Assembly (NCBI GenBank): GCA_009914755.4
Contig: CP068257.2
Coordinates: forward strand, 35,936,001-36,000,000
DNA: 64,000 nt
Direction of reading: 5' to 3'
DNA from: the human T2T-CHM13v2.0 reference genome, Homo sapiens
The notes under the pieces: model-generated
Database searches by the model: none
Told to the model about the DNA's origin: nothing
The model's input: only the letters and a program-made list of their open reading frames with translations
Translations under genes and position numbers: made by a program
Shown: piece after piece, positions 12,758 to 28,525 of the stretch
Numbering within the stretch: position 1 is the stretch's first letter
Layout: every line of letters starts with the position of its first letter

Positions 12758-14357
12758 AGAGGAGACTTTATTTCTTATAAGGGGTTATAGGCTGCAGGGT
12801 GGCCATCCTGTAGGCTGGGAAGAGCCTCCTTCAAAGACCAGAGACAGGCCCTCTGGGGGAAGAAGGGGTAAGTCAGAAATTTAAGTTGAACATGTTGACC
12901 AAATGTACATATTCAACAGATTATCAGAGGAGATGTGAGTATTTATGAAGGGGGTCCTGACACATGCATATTGAACAAACGTGCATGTAACATACAACCC
13001 ATGTTCATTTGGGGTGGAAAATAACATTTGAATGTATTACAATTAGCCCCTATAGGTCAAAAGTTCCTTTTAGGACACAAAAGCACTCAAGTGTGCACCC
13101 TCTGTAAACTGGCTAGGACTAGTTCATGATTGGATTGGTGGTGTCTCATCTAGAGAAAGTTACTGACATCAGTGTCTTGTACAATCAAAGGTGTAGTTAT
13201 GGCTGGGCAGTTAGTCTGTGCCTTATCTGCGTGAGCTGCAAATTGTTTTAATATTGCTTATCCTGAGACCAGTGCTTATTTAGACGGTAGAGAAAAAGAA
13301 AAATTCTGTGGCTGTTAGAACAGAATTTATTCTTTAAGCATAGAGGTGAGTGATTCAACCCTTGCTTGGTGTAAGGAACATGGTTGTGCTTTGGTCAAGG
13401 ATAGGCCAAGGTGGGATGTTTACATCCTGCGTGACTCAGGGAGTTTAGAGCGCAGGCGTATAACTCCACTTGTTATCGCATCCACGGAGCCATAACATGG
13501 GAAGGCCGTCCCTTGGCATTAAGCCACTATTGTCTGTAAAAGGTATAATTGCCCTGCCGACACTGTACAGGTGCTGGCACCCAGAGAAAGAGAGAGAGCC
13601 AGAGCTGTCCATCTTTGCAGATGGACAGAGGGGAACCAGGACACAGCTTGGCTCACTGGCGCCCAGAGAGAGACGGAGTTAAGCTGCCAACCTTGAAGGC
13701 AAGGGAGAGCTGGCTGCGCAGCTGTGTGTGTGGGAGCTACCAGACTAAGCAGCCGAGACAGGGCGGACAGTGTGAGAAAGCTGTTGATGAAAGCTGCTGT
13801 TGAATAAAACCATATTCACCTGCCTACCACCCCATGACTGTTCTTTCTGCTCATCTACCCACTCCCTTTGGACCTCAGCATGGGCTGGAACCTGACCCCA
13901 AGTGTGACATTTGGCATAGTTGTGAGCCTGACACCTGGCGTGGCCATAGGTCTTATTTATAGTTTGATGTCTTATTTATAGTGTGATATCTTATTGTCAC
14001 AGAATCTGTTGTCCTATGATCTCTATTTTAGCATTAATGCTCATCAGCTGTGTCTAAACCGCAAAATGGGAGGCGTTAACGAGGCATGTCTGCCTGCCCA
14101 TCCTGTCATGGCTGGGAACTCAATTTTTAAGGTTTTTCAGGGGTCCCTTTGGCCAAGAGAGGGCTCGTTTAATTTGTGGGGAGCACTTAGGATTTTATTT
14201 TTAGCTTACACTCTGAAGCTCCTGCTCACATCCAATTGTATGAAAACAAGCTTTTCATGTATTTCGTCTAGTAATTTTTTTAAATTTTATGTTTTTGCAG
14301 CAGAAGGATTCCTCTGGTTCTCCATCACGGCCAGAAGCATAATTTGATGACAGCATT

Positions 14358-14678
14358 TTTTTTTTTTTTTTGAGACAGAGTCTTGCTCTGTCACCCAGGC
14401 TGGAGGGCAGTGGTGTCACCCAGGCTGGAGGGCAGTGGTATGACCTTGGTTCACTGCAACCCCCACCTCACAGGTTCAAGTGATTCTCCTGCCTCAGCCT
14501 CCTGAGTAGCTGGGATTACAGGTGTACGCTGCCACTCCCAGCTAATTTTTTGTATTTTAGTAGAGACGGGGTTTCACCGTGTTGCCCAGGCTGGTCTTGA
14601 ACTCCTGAGCTCAGGCAATCCACCCACCTTGGCTTCCCAAAGTGCTAGGATTACAGGTGTGAGCCACCGCGCTCAGCC
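14358..14678 (-). mobile_element. Alu (antisense) with internal 21-bp tandem duplication; perfect 12-bp TSD
   Basis: poly-T then GAGACAGAGTCTTGCTCTGTCACCCAGGCTGGAGGGCAGTGGTGTCACCCAGGCTGGAGGGCAGTGGTATGACC...; TSD GATGACAGCATT at 14346-14357 and 14679-14690. Confidence 0.9.
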
Positions 14679-15501
14679 GATGACAGCATTCTTTTCGATC
14701 ATTTTCTTTTCTGCTGTTCAGACACTGCTAATGGCTTGTAGTTTCCCGTGATACTAATGAGACAGGCTAGTTTATTAGTGTTTTGTTCTCTTTTTTCTAT
14801 CTCCTCCCCATGCCCATTCTGAGCAGATAGCTGTACTCTTCACATGTCCTTGCTTCAAGAAACTGGTTGAAGACCACCCTTCGTCCAGCCTTGTGTGAGT
14901 CTGAGCTTGTTGAAGAGACTTTGCCACAAGTTTAGTGGTGGGAGAGGGGGAAAAGGAGTGCTTTTGAGGTCTGGGAAGGAGAAGAAGATATTTTAGAACC
15001 GACTCTCACACCTCGTGCCTCCCAGCAGGGCCTCGAGGGTGTGGTGAGACACCAGGACCACACAGCCTTGGGACCAAAGCTGTGCCTGATGTGATACAGG
15101 TCTCCATAAAGGTTTGCCAAACAAGCAAGTTAGTACTTACAATTTCCCATGACTGTCACTCAGATTACGTGTGCCTAAATAACTTGCCCATCGCTTAAAA
15201 GAGAAACCCCATAAATGTCCTTTGATCCATTTATGCCTCAAGACTGTTGTCATTGTCATTGTCATTATTGTCATGTTCTCAAATATTTTTGCCTGGAGAG
15301 TTTTCCTGTCTGAGGACTTTTCACATGTAGAAGAATTACTTCTCATTCTTCCTGTTGAAATTACTCTCAAATCTTTTCTGACAGAGTTGCAAACACACTG
15401 ACAGCTCCCGAATGATCTGATACAGGATCCTTAATAGGCATGGAAGTGTTCGCCAGACAGAGGGGTCCTGCCCTTGCTGATCTGAGCTGGTTCTGTGTTA
15501 G

Positions 15502-15599
15502 AGACTCCGTGGGCGTCTGTTTGACAGGATCTGCCAGGAGCTGAAGAATAACTTTCCTGATCTGGAAGAGCAAATCTCAGATATTTTGCACATTTGCAG
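15502..15599 (+). other. Candidate internal exon (acceptor TTCTGTGTTAG|, donor CAG|GTATTT); single open frame RLRGRLFDRICQELKNNFPDLEEQISDILHIC
   Basis: Canonical polypyrimidine-AG acceptor and GT donor flank a 98-nt segment in which only one of three frames is open, and it is the frame imposed by phase-0 splicing from the candidate exon at 10382-10417. Hypothetical. Confidence 0.2.
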
Positions 15600-15644
15600 G
15601 TATTTTAAAACAGTTTCTGTAAGATGCCAACATTACTTTTCCAG

Positions 15645-15705
15645 TATTTTGAAGTTCTCCAGTGTTTACTGAGAAGAGCTCAGTTGTGTTTATACCGAAT
15701 TTCAG
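15645..15705 (+). other. Second candidate exon/extension (acceptor ACATTACTTTTCCAG|, donor TTTCAG|GTGGGT)
   Basis: Strong splice consensus at both ends; only 45 nt from the previous donor, so it is either an alternative 3' end of one longer exon (15502-15705) or an alternative exon; the frame continuing from 15502 reaches TGA at about 15670. Confidence 0.15.
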
Positions 15706-16115
15706 GTGGGTTTCTTGACCGCGCCTCTCACTTCATCACCAGCTTTGCTCTGGGCCCCTAACTGTACTCCTCCTGAGGGTCCCGCGGATTCAGGTGACTG
15801 GTGCCCTTCAGGTTTCATTTGTGAGGACCTATTCTTCTTCCTGGGACTTTGGCTTGTGTCTTTCTTCTGCTAAACCAAATTTGCCACTTCCTCTAAGATT
15901 CTGTTCCAAACTCTCTCATCTCAGGAACGTTTCCTGAAAACCCGACTCCCTGTGCTGATTTTTCCTGATGAGCCTTCCCTATGCCCTTGGTAAAATGAAG
16001 TTTGACAAACACAACTATGTTTATGAACATTTGCATTCATATAACTTTTCTCTTCTCTTGAATTATTTGCTTAATAATCCTCCAGGAGTGAATTTACTGG
16101 ATGAAAGCATTTCAA

Positions 16116-16423
16116 CTTTTTTTTTTTTTTTTTTTTTTTTGTGAGATAAGGTCTTGTTCTGTCACCCAGGCTGGAGTGCAGTGGCACAATCATAACTCAC
16201 TACAGCCTTGACCTCCGGCTTCAAGCAGTCCTCCCACCTCAGCCTCCCGAGTAGCTGGGACTACAGGCACACACCACCACACCCAGCTTATTTTTGTATT
16301 TTTTATAGAGACAGGGTTTCCCCATATTGCCCAGGCTGGTCTTGAACTTTTGGGCTCAAGTGATCTGCCTGACGCAGCCTCCCCAAGTGCTGGGATTACA
16401 GGCATGAGCCACCCTGCCTGGTC
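16116..16423 (-). mobile_element. Alu (antisense)
   Basis: poly-T(27) GTGAGATAAGGTCTTGTTCTGTCACCCAGGCTGGAGTGCAGTGGCACAATCATAACTCACTACAGCC ... GGCATGAGCCACCCTGCCTGGTC. Confidence 0.9.
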
Positions 16424-16920
16424 GCATTTAGACATTTTTATGGGTGATTGAATTCATTCATTAAAAAAGTATTTGTTGAGCATCTGTAGGGTGCCAAGAC
16501 TGTGCTGGTAGCTAGGGTGTGACAGTGACTCATAGTGACCTCTTATCCTTCCTAGAACCTACCCCTAGGAGTGGGAGAAGACCACAACCAAAGAAGCAAA
16601 TGGACACACGGACTATCAGATGAAAGGCAGCTACACAGGAAAATAAAGCAGTGCAGCAGGATTGGAGGTGCTTGTGGTGAGAGGAGGTAGGGAGTTGCTT
16701 TTTACATGGGGAGATCAGGGAAGGCCTCAGTAAGGAGGTGATATTTGAATAGAGAGAGACCTGGGAGAGGAAAGAGAGTGAGCCCTGTTGATATATAAGG
16801 GTAGAATGACTCTGGCAGAGCGGTTAGTGCAAAGGTCTTGTGGCAGAAAACACCCTTTTGGACTTCCATTGTGAATGTCTTGGGACACTTGATGGTGTCC
16901 CACAGGTCTCTGAGGCTTTG

Positions 16921-17215
16921 TTTGTTTATTTATTTATTTAGAGACAGGGTCTTGCTCTGTTGCCCAGGCTGGAGTGCAGTGGTGCAATCATGGTTCACTG
17001 CAGCCTCAAACTCTTGGGATCAAGTGATCCTCCCACCTCAGCCTCCTGAGTAGCTGGGACCACAGTTGCACACCACCATGCTCAGCTAATTTCTTATTTT
17101 TTGTAGAGATGAGGTCTTGTTTTGTTGTCTAGGCTAGTCTCAAACTCTTGGAGTCAAGCAATCCTCTCTCCTTGGTCTCCTAAAGTGCTGGGATTAAAGG
17201 TATGAGCCACTGGCC
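16921..17215 (-). mobile_element. Alu (antisense, older subfamily) with (TTTA)n-like 3' tail
   Basis: TTTATTTATTTATTTAGAGACAGGGTCTTGCTCTGTTGCCCAGGCTGGAGTGCAGTGGTGCAATCATGGTTCACTGCAGCCTCAAACTCTTGGGATCAAGTGATCC ... GGTATGAGCCACTGGCC. Confidence 0.9.
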
Positions 17216-17267
17216 AATAAATCATTTTAAAAAATCATTTTTTCCCTTTCTGTTATGGACTGAATGT

Positions 17268-17615
17268 TTGTGACCCAACCCCCAAATTCATATGTTGAAA
17301 CCCCAATCCCTAATGTGGTGGCATTTGGAGGCGGGGTCTTTGGGAGGTAATTGGGTTTGAATGAATCTCGAGGTGGAGCCGGTGAAGGGATTGGTGCTTT
17401 TATAAGGAGGTGAAGGGACCAGAGCTCTCTCTGCCATGTGAGGATATGGCAAGGAAGCAGCTATCTGCAAGCTTGGGACCAAAGCTAAGAAAAGACTATG
17501 CTGCCACTCTGATCTCAGACTTTGAGCCTTGAGAACTGTGAGAAATACAGAGTTATCGCTGAAGCCACCCTGTCTGTGGCATTCTGTTGTAGCAGCTGGA
17601 ACTGACTAAGACAGG
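17268..17615 (+). mobile_element. MaLR LTR (MST/MLT1-like)
   Basis: CCCAACCCCCAAATTCATATGTTGAAACCCCAATCCCTAATGTGGTGGCATTTGGAGGCGGGGTCTTTGGGAGGTAATTGGGTTTGAATGA ... CCATGTGAGGATATGGCAAGGAAGCAGCTATCTGCAAGC ... GAGAACTGTGAGAAATACAGAGTTATCGCTGAAGCCACCCTGTCTGTGGCATTCTGTTGTAGCAGC. Confidence 0.75.
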
Positions 17616-18555
17616 TTCCCTTCTTCAACCTGGATAATCTTAGTGGACCTACCTTCAAATCTGCTGTTGAGCCACTGGTGAATTTTTCATTTTGGTTACT
17701 GTACTTTTCAGCTCCAAAATTTATAGATATATATTTTGACAATTTCTTAATTTCTGTCTCTTTATTCATGTTCTGTATTTGGTGAGACATGGGTCTCGTA
17801 CTTTCCTTTATTTCTTTAGATTGGGCTTTCTTTAATTCTTTGAACGTACAGTTGTCCTTTGATATCTGCGGGGGATTGGTTCCAGGACCCCTGGGGATAC
17901 CAAAATCTGTAGATGCTCAAAGTCTGTTGACTCTCCCTATCTGTGGATTCAACCGATCGTGGATTGAAAATTGCAGTGCAGGAATGTGGATAGGAGGACT
18001 GACCATACGTTATTTGTAATAGCTGACTTGACATCTTTACATAGTCAGTTCAACATGTGGGCCTCCTTAGGGACAGTTTCTGTCTGTCTTTTTCCCCCCA
18101 TGTATGGGCTATATGTCACGTATCTTTTTATGTCTCCTTGTTTTTGCTGTTGAAAACTGGACATATGACATAACATAATGTGGTTACTCTGGAAATCACA
18201 TCTCCCCAGGCTTTGTTGTTTCTGCTGTTTATTGAATAATTTCCCTGGATAAAGGGTGTAAAGTCTATGTTCTTTGTCAGAGATGATTACGAGGAGTTTC
18301 TGGGAACTTCCAGACAGGTTAGACAATAACAATCTTTAAGAGTAGGACTTTCGGGGAGTTTCACTCCCTGGCTCCCCTGTCCAGCGGCTGCCAGCTTTTT
18401 GCATTTACAACTGCTGTGGAGCTGGGAAGAAGGAGATGGCAACAGGGCAAGTTAAAATGCTGCACAGCTCACAGTTCTGTCTGAGATTCAGTCATTTTTC
18501 TTGAATAAATCTCCAGGAATTGTTGCAAGCCTTTAGTTAATTTCCACAGTTCTGA

Positions 18556-18998
<443 letters not shown>

Positions 18999-19714
18999 AA
19001 ATCCCATCTTAATTCAACTCACCTGCACGCTTTCAGACCTCTCTTGGTCTTTGCCCCTCTGTGGTAACTATTGCATTTCTAGAACACTGGACTTAATTCC
19101 CAAGCCCTTCTTCACATCCAGGCATTCTAGGACAGGAAGAAACTGCTGTCTGATTCTATAATTATCACACTTTCCATGGCTGAGTGAAGTTTTGACAGAA
19201 CTTTTATTCAAATGTTATACCCTTGTTAAAGCAAACTAAATATGGCTTGAGAAGGACTCCGTACTTCTATATTTTAGTCCTTGTGGATGAACTGCAAACT
19301 AACTTCATAGGTAGACAAGATTGAGACCCTGATTTCAGAGTATGCACACCTGTAACAATAGCTGAATCTTGGCCAATCCCAGCAGCCGTACTTCAACCAC
19401 TCAAACACTGCTGAGTGTTCACACTATGTTCAAATAAGGCCAACACCGAGCCATAACCAATCCAGCTGTTTCTGTACCTCGCCTCTGATTTCTGTACATC
19501 GCTTTACTCTTTTTGTTTATAAATGTGCTCTGACTACGAGGCACCCTGGGAGTCTTTCTGAATCTGCTGTGATTCTGGGGGCTGCCAGATTCGTAGATCA
19601 TTCATTGCTCAATTAAACTCCTTTAAACTTAATTCAGCTGAAGTATTTCTCTTAACACACTTTATGTCTAACCTTTCCAGTTTCTTGATGCACCTTTTAA
19701 AAATTGAAGAACAG

Positions 19715-20057
19715 GCTGGGTGCAGTGGCTCATGTCTCTAGTCCCAGCACTTTGGGAGGCCGAGGTGGGCGGATCATGAGGTCAAAAGATCGAGACCATC
19801 CTGGCCAACATGATGAAACCCCATGTAGTAGGGTCTTTAGTAGAGATGTCTCTACTAAAAATACAAAAATTAGCTGGGCATGGTGTCATGTGCCTGTAGT
19901 CCCAGCTACTCAGGAGGCTGAGGCAGGAGAATCGCTTGAACCCAGGAGGCAGAGGTTGCAGTGAGCCAAGATCGTGTCACTGCACTCCAGCCTGGTGACA
20001 GAGTGAGTCGACTCTGTCTCAAAAATAAATTAAATAAATAAATAAATAAATAAATAA
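19715..20057 (+). mobile_element. Alu with internal ~26-bp insertion and (AAAT)n tail; 14-bp TSD
   Basis: GGCTGGGTGCAGTGGCTCATGTCTCTAGTCCCAGCACTTTGGGAGGCCGAGGTGGGCGGATCATGAGGTCAAAAGATCGAGACC...; extra GTAGTAGGGTCTTTAGTAGAGATGTC before CTACTAAAAATAC; tail AAATAAATTAAATAAATAAATAAATAAATAAATAAATT; TSD AAATTGAAGAACAG both sides. Confidence 0.9.
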
Positions 20058-20483
20058 ATTGAAGAACAGATGTAGGGAGCTAACACTTCACTGGGGTGTA
20101 CGTGAAAATCCCAGAGAGGCCAGAGCGAGAGCTCAAGGGATTGAGGAGGGAAGGAAGGAAACTCATGGAAGGGGGTGAGTTACTGATCTGGTCCCAGCTT
20201 CTCTAGGATGGCCAACTGGTTGCTGCTGGGGAGGCTGTTTGGCCACGCTGTTTGTCAGAATGCTCCGCAGGAGGGGGAGTGGGAAGGATGCATCCAGTGG
20301 AAACCCCCATCTGTCTCCTCTCATCAAAATTCTCTTCTCAGGGGGAATTTTCATTAACTCTCCACAGCTCTGGGTCCCCCTCCCTACCCAGGAAGCCCGA
20401 GGGGTTAGGCTCTTTCTCAGGATACCCCTTCTCTGGGCAGCCTGGCTCCTTTCTCTCTGTTTTTTAAAAAAAATTCATTTTCT

Positions 20484-20618
20484 GGCCAGGTGCCCTGGCT
20501 CATGCCTATAATCCCAGCACTTTGGGAGGCCGAGGCGGGAGGATTGCTTGGGCCCAGGAGTTCAAGAGCAGCCTGGGCAACACAGTGAGACCCCATCTCT
20601 ACAAAAAATTTAAAAAAA
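20484..20618 (+). mobile_element. Free left Alu monomer (FLAM-like)
   Basis: GGCCAGGTGCCCTGGCTCATGCCTATAATCCCAGCACTTTGGGAGGCCGAGGCGGGAGGATTGCTTGGGCCCAGGAGTTCAAGAGCAGCCTGGGCAACACAGTGAGACCCCATCTCTACAAAAAATTTAAAAAAATT; only ~135 bp, monomeric. Confidence 0.8.
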
Positions 20619-21160
20619 TTTTTTTTCTTTCAGGATGGGCCCTGTAGAGTGCATTTCTCACAGGGAGCACATGTTTTGGGTGCTGTCTTTCCATAGGGCC
20701 CTTCTGACTGGCGGGTGAACCTCTGTGACTTTCTGCTTCTGAGTGGTCTTGGTGGGACTTCCCCCACTTGGGAAGGCTGTTCCTTTCTTTCATGTAACCG
20801 AAGCTGGGATCTTGGGGTAGAAAGAGTCAAGGGCCATGCAAGCAGCCCTGGCAAGGCCAGGCTGCGGGAGGGGTGACATCTGCTGTGTTTCCCCCATTGC
20901 TTACCCCTCAAACCCGTGGTTCCTGTGTTCTGGTCAGTTCTGCCTCTGGCTGGCCTCACAGACCCTGCATGTCTAGAGCATGCCCTTGGGCTCGTTCCTG
21001 GGAGAAGAATGGCCACATCAGGACAGACACCTGCCTGTCTACTAAGAAACACGTCCCCATGGCCCTGAGTCCCCCTTGCCTCACCTGTGTCATATCCTGC
21101 ATTTCTGGCCCTGCCTCCTTCTTAGCTCAGCTCTGCAAAGAACCTTAGAGAACATTTGGA

Positions 21161-21344
21161 ACAGTGGTTCTCAAACTTTAGCAAGCTTCAGATTTCTCTG
21201 GAGGACTCGTTACAGATGGCTGGGTCACATCCCCAGGCGCTCGAAGTGCCTGATCTAGTTGCCTGTGATGAGGCCTGGGAATTTGCATTTCTAACAAGTT
21301 CCCGGGTGCTGCTGGCTCAAGGACCCCACTTGGAGAACCAGAGC
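21161..21344. mobile_element. MER5A-like hAT-Charlie non-autonomous DNA transposon
   Basis: CAGTGGTTCTCAAACTTTAGCAAGCTTCAGATTTCTCTGGAGGACTCGTTACAGATGGCTGGGTCACATCCCCAGGCGCTCGAAG...GGCCTGGGAATTTGCATTTCTAACAAGTTCCCGGGTGCTGCTGGCTCAAGGACCCCACTTGGAGAACCAG matches the MER5 consensus motifs (GGTTCTCAAAC..., GAATTTGCATTTCTAACAAGTTCCCAGGTGATGCTGATGCTGCTGG..., ..TTGAGAACCACTG). Confidence 0.75.
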
Positions 21345-23359
21345 GCTAAGGGTCCTCGGTGGCCCAGCAGGACCCCTGCAGATGCCTAAGGCAGATCAGT
21401 GCTCAGTGGCTAGGAGCGCAGACTGGAGCTGGCCTCCCTGGGCTCAAATTCTGACCAGGGGCAAGTGACTGAAACTCTCCACTCAGTGTCTCCATCTGCA
21501 GTAGGGATAGTGACAAGGTTCTGGGGGTGAAGAGAAAGAGAGTGTCTGGAAGGCACTGAGAGCAGTCCCAGCTCATTATTTGGGCCGCATCAATGCAGCC
21601 TATTGTCATTCTTGTTTTGCTCACAGGGAAAGAGAAATTTAGGGGGTGAAAATTAGGCCCAAGCTGGCCAGAAGCCCATCGGAGCCTAGACTCCTTGTCT
21701 TCTCACTCCGGTGGCATTACCTTTCCACTCTCCAGGCCACCTCCTTTTGGTGTCTTGGTCACGTAGCTGCTTTCATCAGCCCCTGAGGAAATGTGGGGTC
21801 CATCCAGAAGAACATGGAAGATGTCTGTAGATGCCACCCCAGGCTTCACCCAGTGCTTTCACTGGGAAGAAAGAACACAGGGTGGGAGTTTGTCGCCAGC
21901 TCTTGCATTTCCCACCCGCATCTCTCAGGGCCTTTCTTTCCTTGTGTGAGGATAACAGTGGTGCCTACCTCTGAGGTTTCTGGAAGGATTACATTTGACG
22001 AAATATGATCAAGCCCCTAGCAAAGTGTAAGGCACAGAGTCCGCCCTCTGTAGAGCCTCGTTGTCACCACGGCTGACACGGGTGTCCTCTGGTCTCCTAG
22101 GATCAGGCCAGGTTTCCTTATCTCCGCAAGAAGTCTTCTGGTGCATGGGCCCAGCTGTCAAAACAGATGGTTTTGCTGTTTCCTTCATTCATGCAAACTA
22201 TTAAAAATAAATCCAGGAGTGACTGCATGGAGGCGTGGCAGCTCTGCGGTTCTGCCAGGGGCTGGGTGTCCCCAGCTGTCCCCGCCTCATGACATCTCCT
22301 CCCCGCCCCCTCTGTTACCCTTTGATCCCCGTCTACACAGCACAACTCACATTTTCTCTATTATTTTATACCATTCCCGTTAGTTTTAATCCTGTGGTCC
22401 TAGATTTGTATTTACATTTTTTTCTGATTATTGGACACCATTTTGTCCAAAGCCCTGCCCTCTGGCTTTCATGAGTAACAGTGAAACCAGATCGAAAAAC
22501 TTGAGAAAATTGAAAAATTCTTTCCTTTGAACCACACTTTTAGGGAAAAAAGGCAAAGCATAAGAATAAAAAAAAGCTAATAAAAATTAAGAGACATTGT
22601 TAATTTATTTGAAGACCTTTGAGGGCCTGTCTTCACACCACCTCCACCTCACTATCACCAGGAACTGTGACTGATGTCATTGAAACATGGCCAGGACTTT
22701 GTATGCAGGTGTATTTAGGTTTGTGGGGTCCAAAACATATGATTCTGGGGGCCCACTTTAATAATAGGAAATTATGAATATGAAGTTAGGTATAAAAGTG
22801 ACTATCTATTTAGAAGAGACACCAATCACCATCAATTATAAATTTAATAACACACACATAAAAGGATCCAGAAAAGTAACCTAGTATTTTATTTATATTA
22901 ACTAACTATATTTTTTTTGGGGGGTGGGGGATACCTATTCTTTGCTCTCCTCTTCATTTGATGAAATTTTTAAAATTTTCTAAAAAAGAGAATGGATTGG
23001 TAATCTGGTCTTTCCCCTGGCATCTGGAATCAATATTTATTTATTATCGACAGGTGAGACATTATTTATTTATTTATTTTAGCCTCACAGCTCATTATTG
23101 GTAATGATGTCATGCAAAGTTTTAGAATTGTTGTTAAAATTGGGAAGACCTCTATCAAGTTTCTTTCACACATGGGCTTTAAGTGTTCAAGGCATTTCAT
23201 GTTTTCTTGACTATGCTTAAGTAGTCTTTGAACCAACATTTCCTCATTATCCAGATGGTCACGAATGCCTATATTATGAGTTTTTCATGATCAGTGTCAG
23301 TATTCAGTGCCACAAAAGCAAAAAATTGGAATCTTATTTCAATGTGTTCCTATGATTCA

Positions 23360-23665
23360 CTTTTTTTTTTTTTTTTTTTTCAGACAGGGTCTTGTGCTGT
23401 TGCCCAGGCTGCAGTACAGTGGTATGAACATGGCTCACTGTGGCTTCAACTACCCAGGCTCAAGCAATCCTCCCACCTCAGCCTCCCATGTAGCTGGGAC
23501 TACAGGTGCGCACCACCACACCCAGCTACTTTTTTGATTTTTTTTGTAGAGACAGGGGTCTCACTATGTTGCCCAGGCTGGTCTCAAACTCCTGGGCTCA
23601 GCAATCCTCCTGCCTTGGCCTCCTAAAGTGCTGGGATTATGGGAGTGAGCCACTGCACCTAGCCC
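23360..23665 (-). mobile_element. Alu (antisense)
   Basis: poly-T(24) CAGACAGGGTCTTGTGCTGTTGCCCAGGCTGCAGTACAGTGGTATGAACATGGCTCACTGTGGCTTCAACTACCCAGGCTCAAGCAATCC ... GGGAGTGAGCCACTGCACCTAGCC. Confidence 0.9.
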
Positions 23666-24054
23666 ACTTCTTATTATTAATTGGATATCAAATCATTCAA
23701 GAAACTATTTATTATTTCTATTAGAAATTTATCTTCCTATTAATGATTTACTGCTTTTGGTGTAAACTTTTTTGTTATTGAAGTTCCTTTTTTAATATAG
23801 AAATAATTTCTGTTGTTTCATTATTCATCATTATAGCTTTTAAAATATTCTATTTTTTTCTTTTAACCCTTTAACAAATTTTAAATTGTCAAAAAGTTAC
23901 TTTTTATGCATGTCTACATAAAGAGTCTGTAATTTCTCCCATGTTTTATCGAAACATTCCAAAACATCTTTTCAAATCACAGTTAAATTAACATATTCAA
24001 GCTTCGTCAACATTTTGAGTAAATTTTTTTTGGCATTCCTGTTGTGTTTGGGTT

Positions 24055-24333
24055 TCTCTCTCCCTCTGTCATGCAGGCTGGAGTGCAGTGGTGCAATCAT
24101 ACTTTACTGCAGCTTTGAAATCTTGGGCTCAAGTGATTGCCTTTCCTCAGCCTCCTGAGCAGGTGAGACCACAGGCATGTACCACTCTACCTGGCTATAT
24201 ATATATTTTTTTTTTGGTAGAGATAGGTGCTGTTATGTTGCCCAGGCTGGTCTTGAACTCTTGGCTTCAAGTGGTCTTCTACCTTGGCCCCCAAAAATGT
24301 TGAGATCATAGGCACCCGTCACCACACCTGGCC
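24055..24333 (-). mobile_element. Old Alu (AluJ-like, antisense, poly-T end lost)
   Basis: CTCTGTCATGCAGGCTGGAGTGCAGTGGTGCAATCATACTTTACTGCAGCTTTGAAATCTTGGGCTCAAGTGATTGCCTTTCCTCAGCCTCCTGAGCAGGTGAGACCACAGGCATGTACCACTCTACCTGGCTATATATATATTTTTTTTTTGGTAGAGATAGG...CACCACACCTGGCC; diverged. Confidence 0.8.
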
Positions 24334-24879
24334 CTCTCTTGAATCTGTAATAACATATACTAGAATCCTCATAATACTATTATAACCATGTTTCAAAGGT
24401 TGGAGAGGTTTATAAGGACATCTCTGTAATTAGACCCATCAAAGAAAAATCCAGTTGATATGTGTGCTTAAAATACTCCATCAATGAACCTGAACTGCCC
24501 CCCCTGCCACATATAACTATTGCAGAATATCAGGGTAGTTAAAACTTTAGGTCCTGTGTAGGCAGATACTTTTCCTATGAGTCAAAGAAATGAGATGTTC
24601 AATGCCCATATATTGTGATATTTGTGTCACCAAGCTGGGTGAATTGGAAGAGTGTGTAGGAAGAGTATTCCTAGAGGTCATTTCTACACTAGACTAGCTG
24701 GTGATAAGTTCATGTGGAAGTAATTGTGAAGCACATACATTTATCCTGTTAAACCCAAACTAAACTTAATCCCACCCCTGAGCCAGAACACAAAAATCAC
24801 GGCAGCCACTCCAGTTCCACCAGTCATGAGGGGAAGTGTGATAGAGGGAAACTGAAGTAGGTGGAGACAGTGGTCTAAT

Positions 24880-27620
<2,741 letters not shown>

Positions 27621-27699
27621 AGTTTGATGGCTAGACAAGGTCATACACACCATCTATGGCTGTTTGCAAAGACCCCCCAAAAGCCTGATCTGGTTCCTT

Positions 27700-28056
27700 G
27701 ACACCTTGAATTTTCTCTGTCAAGGGCTGAACTGTGTCCCCCAAAAGTCATCTGTTGAAGTCCTAACCCCCAGTACCTCAGAATGTGACTGGATTTGGAG
27801 ATAGGACTTTTAAGGAGGTGACTGAGGTTAAATGAGGTCACAGGAATGGGTTCTAATTTAAACTGACTGGCATCTTTGTAAGGAGAGGAGGTTAGGACAC
27901 AAACAGACACAAAAGGAAGACCCTGTGTAGACTCAGGAGAAGACGCCATCTGCAAGCCAAGGAGAAGGGCTTCAGACTGAAATGAAATGAAACCCCCACT
28001 ACAGACACCTTGATCTTGGACTTCCAGCCTCCAGAACTGTGAGAAAATAAATGTCT
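27700..28056 (+). mobile_element. MaLR LTR (MST/MLT1-like)
   Basis: GGGCTGAACTGTGTCCCCCAAAAGTCATCTGTTGAAGTCCTAACCCCCAGTACCTCAGAATGTGACTGGATTTGGAGATAGGACTTTTAAGGAGGTGACTGAGGTTAAATGAGGTCACAGGAATGGG...GACACCTTGATCTTGGACTTCCAGCCTCCAGAACTGTGAGAAAATAAATGTCTG. Confidence 0.75.
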
Positions 28057-28525
<469 letters not shown>

